From Eledone cirrhosa (taxonomy: Eukaryota): 64,000 nucleotides of DNA. The position numbers and the translations under genes are program-made. Position 1 is the first letter of the stretch; each line of letters opens with the position of its first letter. The notes under the pieces were generated by a model. That model saw only the letters and a list, made by a program, of their open reading frames with translations, searched no databases and was not told the DNA's origin. Where the stretch lies: assembly GCA_964016885.1 (NCBI GenBank), contig OZ024744.1, positions 26,536,001 to 26,600,000 on the forward strand, given 5' to 3'. Shown here piece after piece: positions 50,111-64,000 of the stretch.

Positions 50111-50717
50111 GATGGCTGCCCCCTCGTTATCGAGTATGGCCATTACACGATATACCATTATTAATAATTATTAATTAATTCTATCGAGCAATGCCTGTCC
50201 GAGAAGATATTTTTTAAAGTGACAAAAGACTGTGCACTGAGCCAATCCCACTCTCTGAGCGACAGTAGCTATAACCCGAAAAGAAGAAAAGATCAACATC
50301 ATCGGTAACTACTGAGCCGCAGGTTTTATATGGTAGTTATCACAGTTTCCCGAATTGCCTTCTCCTAGAAGAATGCCCTGACAAAGGGTAGGGGTCCTTC
50401 ACTTTCAATGGTTTAACCGCGCGATCGGGTGTCCAGCCCGACTATTTCTATGTCCCCGCGCATATACATACACATGCACCCATGTATATACACATATACA
50501 TATACATACATATGTACATGTGTATATACCCATTTACACACTTTTGGATGGCTGTTGACTCTTATGAGTTCTTCCGCCCTTTGTCAGGTCACTCTTGAGT
50601 GCTACTGGTAACATGTAACCCAGTACAACCTGTCGCATGGTCGGGTCGTCGGCGACTAAACCGGCAACCCCATCAAGTTTACTTGCTGAGGAGGGTGATT
50701 TTGGACACCCTGCAGGA
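50111..50717 (-). mobile_element. Non-autonomous RTE derivative (5'UTR + 3' tail) with an inverted 5' end
   Basis: Similar to the UTR at 55300-55714. Tail hairpin ctcgataacgag. Segment 50583-50717 is inverted relative to the rest. Confidence 0.7.
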
Positions 50718-51399
50718 CATTCATACATACATCCATACGAAAGATGGAAATTGTAGTTTGCTTGAAGCATTGCGTAGTGAGGTATAAACGTTTGGAGTTA
50801 GAAGGCCAGAACAATGCAGCTATGGATATAGAATATACATACAAATGCAAAAGATATCGCTGACAATTACTCTTTTACCTTAAATTTATTTGAATATCCT
50901 TAATTTTCGAGATAATATCTCTTCTTCAGAGGGAAGCAAAGGGGTTAATGCAGTGTTCTAATTAGCTTGCCAAGTCATGCTGACAGGAAATTGTATAGAA
51001 ATTCCATTCTATTTCTAATGTCAAAGAGTGAAGCTTAGGTGGATAAAGAGTTGTCTCCCTTTAAAAGGGTTTGGACATGTATGTCAAAGTGTGTGTGGGA
51101 GAATACGTGAAGGTGTAAGCATGCGCGTGTGTGTGTGTGCGTGTGTGTGCGTGTGGGTATGTCAGAGGATATATTTATATGTAAATGTGGGAGCTAGATG
51201 CTCTATCATGTTAAAACTGGTCTATGTGTGTGTATGTGTGCGTGTGTGAGAGAATAAGTGTAGGGGTAAGCGTGTGTGTGTGTGTGCGTGTGTGTGTGCG
51301 TGTGTGTGTGCGTGTGTGTGTGTGTCTCTCTGTGTGTGTGAGGATACGTGGAAGTGAAAGTGTGGGTCTAGGTGCTCTATCATGTTAAAAATTGGGTGT

Positions 51400-52882
51400 T
51401 GAGTTCTAGTCTGTAATTGATAGGTAGTTGCGTTTTGTCTATAATTAGTGTTTCTTTAATTCTAAGATTGCCGTGGTTTCTTTCCTTAGCTTCTATCCTA
51501 ACTATTTTGTTTTTGTCGGTGTTTTTGCATTTCACTAGGTGTTTCTTAAATGAGGAAGCGTTAGTGTTGAGGTGTTCCTTTATTCTAATATGAAGTGGTC
51601 TGGTGGTGCTACCTACGTATAAGTTGTTGCAATTCTCGCACTCTAATCTGTATACGACATAAGCCTGGTGGCATAGGTCTGTGTCGTCGATGGGGCAGTT
51701 GGTCAGCGTGCAGCGGCTATCATGTCTGGTGGAGTATCTCTTGGCTAGCTGTCTGCGTAGAGAAGGTCCTAAGTGGACTAACTGGATATCTAGTCTCTCT
51801 CGTCTGTTAACTCTGTAGATGGCTGTTGTTGTTTCGTCACTGAAGTGTGGGAGCTTCAGGAAGCAGGTGTTAGTGCCTCGGGCGTGGTGTATTCTGTTGT
51901 TTCTGGCACGGTTCGCGGTGGACGTTGGGTATCCGTTCAGTTTAAGTACTTCCAGGAAATGTGTGGTGTGTGTGTCTCGGTCTCCTGCGTCGGGGCATTT
52001 GTTCCGGATACGTGTTAGTTCGTTCCTTATGTATCCGATCTTAACGCTGACTGATCTGAAATGTACGAACAGGTCCCTGCTGGCGGCTTTTATATAGAAG
52101 CAGGTGTGGATGTCGCCTTCCTCTGTTACCCTGAGTGGAAGTCCAATAGGGATAGGGATACGCGGTCATTGGGGTGTTCCATGCTAAACTTTATATTGGC
52201 GTCCATGCTGAAGAATGTCAAGTATATTTTATCCGCTTCTTCACCGGATGATGTAAGGATGAGTATGTCATATACATATCGGGTGAAGAAGGTATAGGAA
52301 TGGCAGGTGTTGAGGGCTCGGCATTCCTGCTGGTTCATATAAGTGAAGGCCAGCAGGCCCGATAGGCTGGATCCCAAGGGTAATCCTGTTGTCTGTCTGT
52401 ATGTGTGGTCGTGGAAGGTGAAGTACATGTTGTCCACTGTGAAGGACAAAAGCTGGCGTATGTCCGTCAGATGGAGGCCGTAGCAGTTGACGTCTTCGGC
52501 GACCACGCAGTCCATTAATAAATCGACAGCTGGATGAGCGGGGATTGTATTGTAGAAGGAGACAACGTCGAGGCTAAGGCGTATCTATTGTGTTTAAGTT
52601 GTTCTGGCTGGAGTTGGTGTAGTATACGTATGACCTCGTCGGAGCTACTGACATGCCCTGGAAAGGTGGAGAGTAGAGGCCTGAGGACCTGGAAGAGGAG
52701 CCAGTAGATTTTCTATGCTAGAGACGGTGGGTCTTACTTGTGTCTTACTACTATTCTTGTGGGTCTTGATGAGGTGATAGAAAATGGGAAGTCTGCTATT
52801 TCTAGTGGCCTAATTGGACTTAAATTTATTTGGGAGTTGTCTTCTACTAAAGATGTCGAACCAGATGGAGTTGGCCTGTTTT
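51400..52882 (-). mobile_element. Penelope-like element 3 (Penelope/Poseidon-type), degenerate
   Basis: On -: HLIKTHK, QTTGLPLGSSLS, TRYVYD, SLLD, and GIY-YIG VVYRLECENCNNLYVGSTTRPLHIRIKEH. Confidence 0.85.
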
Positions 52883-53077
52883 TCATACATACATGCATAC
52901 ATACATACATACATACATACATACATACATACATACATACATACATACAAACAAACATACATACATACATACATACATACATACATACATACATACATAC
53001 ATACATACATAAATACATACATACATACATACATACATACATACATACATACATACATACATACATACATACATACA

Positions 53078-55714
53078 TGATCGCTGCAAACTCTGCCAAG
53101 AGTATTGCAATCGCTTGTCATATTCCGATGTGTGACGATCGGGTATGGCTTTTCAAGCCTGCTAGAGACTTGAACTCCTTCACGCACTGATGACAACTAT
53201 GGATCTACCTGGCTTGAGGTCTTGCATCAGGTTGCCCCTGAACCCGCACAACACTGTGGAGATCGGGACAGCCCAATCTCTCCAAAATAACCCACAAAGC
53301 CTTCCGATTAGCGGTGTCAAATGCCTTGGTCAGATCAACAAAAACTTGATTTAAGTCAATGCGCTGCTGAATGCATTTCTCTTGAAGTTGTTTGGCCGAA
53401 AAGATCATGTGAACATTGCTTCTGCCATTCCTAAAGCCACATTGGGACTCAGGAAGTACTTCAACAACAATGTGCTGTATCAATCTGTCCAACAAAATCC
53501 TGCACAAGATCTTCCCAGCCACAGATAGCAGTGAGATACCTCTGTAATTGCCACAGTCATCTTTGGTTCCCTTTCCTTTGTAAAGTACCACCATCAATGC
53601 ATCTTTCCAGTCCTGCGATACATCTTCTTCATTCCAAACATTCACAAAGAAATCAGTGAGGCGGTTTAAGAAGTTATCACTAGCACACTCGGCCCTCAGT
53701 CCCTCCATTCCAGGTAACTTGCCGCTGTTTAATTTGGCAATGGCCTTCGCCACCTCATCAAATATAGGAGGATCAGCCATTGCCAGCTTTGTAGGTCTGG
53801 ATGGAATCGACCGGATGAACTCATCATCAATTTCTGGGGGTTTGTTGAGAAGCTCATCAAAGTGGTCATGCCACCTGATCAGGATTTCCTTCGGATCTCT
53901 GAGTAATTCCTTGCCGTCCCTGGAGCGAAGTGATATTTGTGGACCGGTCAGACCATACACCTCCCTGAGCAGACTGTATAAGAGCTTTGTATCATGTCTA
54001 TCTGAGGCTTTCTGGATTTCATCAGCCTTTTGGCTCCACCACGTATCGTGCAAGGCTCTCAATCGATGTTTCACACGTGCCTTGATCAGCCTGAAGGTCT
54101 GGTCACTCCTGTCAGAACGTGTCTCACACAACTGCATCATTTTCATCGAACCACTCTTTATGCTTTCTATTGGTATGACCTAAAACTCCAGCACTAACAT
54201 CATAGACGGTTTTCTTCAATGATTCCCGCGTGTTTTCACATTCCATGGACTCAAGTGACCTCGACAGCTCAGCTCTGATTTTCTCTGTTTTCAGACGAGC
54301 CACGTTTAGTTGTTTCGGAAGTGCAACCTTCTTCCCCCTTACTTTGGGCTTCACAACAAATTGAAATTTGGCGCTGATCAGTCCAACATTCCGCACCTCG
54401 CAATACACGAACCAATGTGATAGCCCCGATAACACGTTTCCTCGTTGAACAAAATCAATAAGGTGCCACTTCTTGGAACCTGGATACATCCAAGCTATCT
54501 TATATTTGTCTTTCTGCTGAAAGAACGTGTTTCCAACAACAAGATCAATCTCAGTGCACATCTGCAACAGAAGTAGGCCATTGTTATTGCACTTACCTAC
54601 TCCCTGCTTGTCCATCACACTCCAAGCTTCCCAATTATTACGTGTATTAAAATGACCAAGAATGACAATCTTGTCTGCATAAAGTATACCATGATTGACC
54701 TCTCTTAAAGATATGTAGAAACTTACTTTTTCATCATCACTGGCATACATAGTAGGAGCGTACACACTGACCAGAGTCACAAAGCGGTTTTGAATCAGAG
54801 GGACTCTCATGGACATTATCCGATCATTGAATCCACAAGGAAGATTTTCCAGCTTTGAGACAGCAAATGTGACCTCTGCCTCGCTCCTACAACCCTCTGA
54901 TCCACCACTCCAATAGAAGGTATATCCGCCCTTCTGTTCTGTGTATTGACCCTCACCTGCCAATCTCGTTTCTGAAAGAGCAACGATGTCCATGCTATAG
55001 CGATTGAGTTCCATCGACACCAAGGCAGATCTTCTTTCAGAGCGAGTTTTACTGGACTGGTCATCAAGTAAAGTTCTTACATTCCAGCATCCAATATTCA
55101 GAGGTTTGAACCTCTTTGCAGTTGCAGGATGACGACCGGGCTCATGGTGCGGTGCCATGCGACACCTGCCGGGCCAGACCCCTTCACAATAAGTTCCAGA
55201 GCCCTTACTGCCATTGACTTTAAGGTTATCATCTGTCATCATAGAGTTTGGTGCACTTTTAGGCTACTGCCAGCCACACAAACCTAGAACAGATCCTGAA
55301 CAAGCAATGCCTGTGCTTTGAATGTTTTTTTTAAGTGGGGAAAGGCCTTGCACTCGACCAATCCCACTCTCTGAACATCGAAACACTACCCGAAAAGGAA
55401 AACTGGTCAATATCATCGGATGCTTCCGAAGCCGCAGGTATTTTTCAGTTTCCCTCTCTTAGAAAGGTGTTGCGACAACAACTGGGGGCCTTTCACTCCT
55501 AGGTAAAAAAAGAAGTACTATTTGGATGGCCGTTGACTCTGCTGAGTTCCTCCGCCCTTTGCCGGGTCTTTTATTTCATCCCGCAGGGTGACCAAATATC
55601 ACCCTCCTCACCAAGCAAGTTTGGTAGGGTTACCGGTTTAGTCGCCGATGACCTGACCATGAGACAGGTTGTACTGGGTTACATGTTACCAGTAGCACTC
55701 GAGAGCGACTTGAC
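53078..55714 (-). mobile_element. RTE-clade LINE with an internal deletion of the RT C-half
   Basis: 5'UTR, APE 54124-55242 (WNVRTL, LSETR, YAPT), RT 53205-54146 (NYRGISLLS, ESQCGFR, FVDLTKAFD). It then jumps to CHQC..KSH and a tail hairpin followed by (TATG)n. Confidence 0.88.
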
Positions 55715-55863
55715 ACATACATACATAGACACATGCATACATATATACATACATACATAGATAGATATATACATACACACATACATGCATATATATATAT
55801 ATATATACATAACCACATACATACATACTTAGATACATACATACCCACAAACATAGATAGATA

Positions 55864-56252
55864 TATGGTGGCTGCCAACTCGTTTCCGAGTACGGCCACT
55901 ACTTTATGTCCATGTAGGAGAACACCTACCGATGAGCTGAACGAGTGTGACTTTTTAGTCTAGCCAGCGACTTGAAAACTCTGGTACAAACACTACACTT
56001 GTGACAATTATTGACACATAGTGCTGGGCCCATGGTACCATGTGACGACAAGTGCAGAGAGATCTCCAGATATAAAGCAATGCCTGTGCCGTGAAGCTTT
56101 TATAGTGAGCAAAGGCACTGCACAAAGCCAGTCCCACTCTCTTAACCAAGATGATATTTACCAAAATGAAGAACAAGTCAACATCATTGGATACCATCAG
56201 GGTTGCAGGTGTTATATCAGAGTTTTTCCTCTCCTAGAATTCTGCCTTGACA
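55864..56252 (-). mobile_element. Short non-autonomous RTE derivative (UTR + tail)
   Basis: ctaggagaggaaaactctga UTR motif, gagtgggactgg, and tail hairpin ctcggaaacgag. Confidence 0.65.
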
Positions 56253-56554
56253 TAGATATATACATATATACATACATACATACATAGATATATAGATACA
56301 TATCCTCATACATACATACATACATACATACATACATACATACATACATACATACATACATACATACATAGATATATACATATAGAGATGAAATATTTTG
56401 TTTTCCTGTTGATGTAAATGTTGTTAGAATGTAATTTGTGGCTGTACGCTTTTGTGTTGGTGGGACTTGGTAATAAAGCTGGCACGAGAATCACTTGCAT
56501 TAATCTAGCACATCTTCATGTATTTATTACTAATTCCATTGACATGGCAGTTTA

Positions 56555-57071
56555 TGGAGAGAAAGAAGGAAAGGAAGGAAGAGAGGAAGTAAGGCAGAGC
56601 AAGGAAAGAAAGGAAGGAAAGTAAGAAAGAAGGAAAGTAAGAAAGAAAGGAAGAAATATAGCAGGAAAGAAAGGAAGAGAGAAAGTAAGGCAGAGCAAGG
56701 AAAGAAAGGAAGGAAAGTGAGAAAGAAAGAAAGGAAGAAAGAAAGGAAGAAAGAAAGGAAGAAAGATAGAAGGAAAGAATGGAAGAGAGAAAGTAAGGCA
56801 GATCAAGGAAACAAAGGAGGAAAGTAAGAAAGGAAGAAAGGAAGAAAGAAAGGAAGAAAGAAAGGAAGAAAGATAGAAGGAAAGAAAGGAAGAGAGAAAG
56901 TAAGTCAGAGCAAGGAAAGAAAGGAAGGAAAGTAAGAAAGAAAGAAAGAAAGGAAGAAAGAAAGAAAGGTAGAAAGGAAGAAAGAAAGGAAGAAAGAAAG
57001 GAAGACAGATAGATAGAAGGTAAGAAAGGAAGAGTGAAAGTAAGTCAGAGCAAGGAAAAAGGAAGAAAAGT

Positions 57072-57142
<71 letters not shown>

Positions 57143-57700
57143 GAAGAAAGAAAGGAAGAAAGATAGAAAGAAAGATAGAAGGAAAGAATGAGAGAAAAAA
57201 TGAATGAAAACTTAAAACATGGCAGTAAGAAAGAAAGAATGAATGAATGAAATTAAGAAAGAAAGAATAATGAAAGAATAATGAAAGAAAGAAAAAGAAT
57301 TTCGGAAAAAAAAATGAAGAAAGAGAGAATTGAAATAAAGAATAGAGAAAGAAAGACAGAAAGAAAGAAAAAGATTAAAGAAAGAAAAAGAAAGAAAGAA
57401 AGAAAGAAAGACAGAAAGAAAGAAAGAAAGAAAGAAAGAGAGAAGAAGAATGAAGAAAGAAAAGAATAAATAAAGAAAAAGAATAAAGAAAGAAAAAGGA
57501 ATAAAGAAAAAACAAATAAATAGACAGAAAGAAATAAGAGATGAAAGAAATGAAAAAAAAAGGAATGAAATTAAAAAGGAATGAAATGAATGAAAGCAAG
57601 AAAAATAGCATGAAAGAAAGAAAAACGAAAGAAAGAGAGAAAGAAAGAAAGTAAGAAGAAATGAAAGAAAGAATGGCAGAAAGACAGATGGAAAAATGGT
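56555..57700. repeat. Purine-rich (GAAA/GGAA)n low-complexity array with ~120-bp higher-order repeats
   Basis: Recurrent gagagaaagtaaggcagagcaaggaaagaaagg units and a pure (GAAA)n run. Confidence 0.9.
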
Positions 57701-58022
57701 GGTGTAGAAGAAAAAGATGGTTGGTTAGGGGTGGGCAGATGAAAATAATAGAACATTTCATTGTAAGGTATCGTTTTTGAATAAGGGTGGGGCTATGTAG
57801 GTGAGGGGTAGGTAGGACTAGATGGTGGTAGGTGGGGCTAGTCGTGGGTCGGTGGAGTGGTGTTGACTGCGAAGATATATAAGAATGTAAACCAGTAAAT
57901 ACCTTGTAAGACGAACAATTAGATAGTGGATAGATATATAGCTGTAGAGAAGGTGGTTAAAATAGAAATATAGAAATATAATAATAAAGGTGATAGATAG
58001 ATCGATATATATATATATAAAT

Positions 58023-58768
58023 ATAAATGAAAGTATAGAAATTATTGTGAGCGTGAAGCCAACAGTATTTCATAATATATAAGTGACTATAACGTCAAAA
58101 TGGAAAATAATTAACGTAAGATGTGGGAAAATAATTCAAACTCAATTTTTAAAAAATCAAGACATAGATTTAAACATAGAATTTTGTGAAATCCAGGGAA
58201 AAATCAATAGTGCCTTAACTCTGAATAAAATAAAGTTTAAATACTCATCCTTCAATTTGGAAAAACTTCAAATGCCCTATATAGTCTAAAAAAGACTATT
58301 TCACGAACGTTTCAGTGGGGATGGTCACGGTTGGAACCGTTCATCAGTAGAGCTCAACACGATAACCCTAAGGCACTGCCAGGATATGCCAAAAAGGGAA
58401 TTTAAAAGCAGGCTAGTTCAACTCATGCGTAAATATGAAAATAAACGCAATGGAGAGACATGGCTGGTGACGTCAGAATGAGACGAATGTCTGTTTACAG
58501 GAAACAGCAGTCAAAAAACATTCCGAAAAAAACTCTACAAATGTAAGGAGTTCAGCAAAATAGCAATATTATCGCGGTTTTTTTTTTGGTTTTTTTTTTA
58601 AAGACCGGGATTAGTCACAAATAATTTTAAGCACTCTAGGAAAAAATTCCGTGTATAAATATAAATGAAAGTATAGAAATTATTGTGAGCGTGGAGCCAA
58701 CAGTATTTCATAATATATAAGTGACTATAACGTCAAAATGGAGGATATTTAACGTAAGATGTGGGAAA

Positions 58769-58772
<4 letters not shown>
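58023..58772. repeat. Two ~110-bp direct repeats 638 bp apart (third partial copy at 17511-17565)
   Basis: ataaatgaaagtatagaaattattgtgagcgtg..gccaacagtatttcataata at 58023 and 58661. Confidence 0.85.
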
Positions 58773-58812
<40 letters not shown>

Positions 58813-58815
<3 letters not shown>

Positions 58816-58945
58816 AAGGTGCATTGGGCTTGCGATCGAAAGGTTGTGAGTTCAATTCTCGGACTGTGTGATGTGTTGTTTCCTTGAGCAAGACACTTTA
58901 TTTCACTTGCTCCAGTTTACTCAGCTGTAGAAATGAGTACCTGCC
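58813..58945 (+). mobile_element. tRNA-derived CORE-type SINE
   Basis: B-box-like gagttcaattc, CORE-like tccttgagcaagacact, then tcagctgtagaaatgagtacc. Confidence 0.75.
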
Positions 58946-59046
58946 TGCCCGCCCGGCCAGTGGGATGGCGTTATCTTGTGGCTAAAACAGCACGACGTGC
59001 TATGACCAGCGGCGCCGTTTGGCGCCCGACAGACTGGTCGGTCAAG

Positions 59047-59117
<71 letters not shown>

Positions 59118-59123
59118 GCTAGT

Positions 59124-59206
59124 GTCCGTCGAGCTGCGGATTATAGAGTCGGGTAAGAGCGATGCAGATCGAACCTTGAGCTGATCAGTGGCGAAACGCG
59201 CGTCAC
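59124..59206 (+). ncRNA. Degenerate long-stem-II hammerhead-like motif
   Basis: gt CCGTCGA gc...gc GAAA cgcgcg TC ac, then AATAAA. Confidence 0.4.
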
Positions 59207-59357
59207 CTACCAATAAATGTAATGAAGGAGTAACCAATCTTCCTTGTTATCCTTTCAATATATTACACTCTGTATAGCTCTACACCTCGACACAAGTGAA
59301 CCTAAACATCGAGTGTTCACTCGGGTGAACCTGCAGTAACTCCAAGTTATACTCCCT

Positions 59358-59433
<76 letters not shown>

Positions 59434-59452
59434 GAACGATCGTCATATCGAT

Positions 59453-59514
<62 letters not shown>

Positions 59515-59633
59515 TTAGAGATGGACGAGTTCTCTCCAGCGTTCTCTGTCCCTCATTATCGCTGCCATGTCCTGCGTCTCCAACAGATATATATATATAT
59601 ATATAGAGAGAGAGGGGGTTATAGGATAGATTG

Positions 59634-60213
59634 ATGTCTTTACTTGCCACAAGGGCACACAAGAAATGGGACATTACAAGACGTGACGGCGGGGGTTTTA
59701 CATAAAATAGTGTAAAGAGGTTATAACAATATAAAGTTTAAACAATGATACTCCAGTAGTGGGGAACGTTACTGCGGGGTTGTCTTACACACCATAGATA
59801 AAACCACCCTCAACACCAGGAGCACGTTTTGTAGGTGTTCCCGTCTTCCCTCTGTTTATCTTCCTCAACCTACAGAGAAGGCCCATTCACTCGGGCCATT
59901 TTCGCCACATTCACCCACCGTTCAGCGACTTTACTGGGGTGTAGAACCACTCTCTCCACTCTCACCTTCCTTCTGTAGTGGTACTTAAAGAAGGGGATGA
60001 GTTGTTGTCCAGAGAAGAAGGTGTTTGCCCTCAGTCCTTTTAACCTCGTCCACCATATTACCACTTTCTCCATAGTCAAGAGACAGAAGAAAACCACTTC
60101 TCGTTCGTTTTAAAATAAAGGCGGCGGGGTGATACCCATGATGGACTCGGCTGAAAACTGGATGTGTCACCCCTGGGCACTGAACAATTGCGTGCAGAAC
60201 GGTTTCTTGGTAC
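59634..60213 (-). mobile_element. Tx1-like LINE 3' fragment (copy E)
   Basis: [19 protein letters not shown] and RVNGPSL motifs; tail motif gccacaaggg. Confidence 0.85.
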
Positions 60214-63901
<3,688 letters not shown>

Positions 63902-64000
63902 GTGTGGGATGCTTAAAGCGTCCGTATGCGATAGGCCGTGTGAGTACTCGATGCTCTTACAGTACAGAGTATAATATCACATAAGAAACGGTTCGATGAC

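Noticed and set aside
49552-50112. Host C2H2 zinc-finger gene
   Set aside because: The two fingers are the C-terminus of the RTE ORF, and the rest of the frame is microsatellite.
50870-50937. Hammerhead downstream of Penelope element 3 (CTGAAGA agagatattatctc GAAA on -)
   Set aside because: Core and stem II are present, but no convincing stem III, NUH or stem I follows. At best a decayed motif.

Overview
Gene-free, AT-rich eukaryotic (animal) repeat landscape. The (AT)n/(CATA)n/(AAT)n load and the SINE types resemble Octopus/cephalopod DNA; this is inference, not tested. Everything interpretable is retroelement-derived: (i) Dong/R4-type RT+restriction-like-endonuclease LINEs (two families on +, a third fragment on -, plus a CRE-like scrap); (ii) Tx1/L1-type APE-RT LINEs (five copies, all on -); (iii) a tRNA-derived SINE whose 3' tail matches the Tx1 tail; (iv) three Penelope-like RT/GIY-YIG elements plus several minimal hammerhead ribozyme motifs, including a 2276-nt essentially non-coding unit bracketed by hammerhead-bearing direct repeats; (v) RTE LINEs and deletion derivatives with (TATG)n tails. 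Main hypotheses: (AAT)n microsatellites are a shared landing pad used in opposite orientations by RLE-LINEs and by a Tx1 LINE with its partner SINE; a conserved 52-54 nt GT-AG mini-intron spans the Tx1 ORF1 stop and ORF2 start and would fuse the two ORFs in frame; and a retrozyme-like hammerhead-flanked element carries an inverted copy that starts at the predicted cleavage site. No host protein-coding gene, rRNA or tRNA gene is supported. Most short ORFs in the track are microsatellite or antisense artefacts. All alignments and folds were done by eye.
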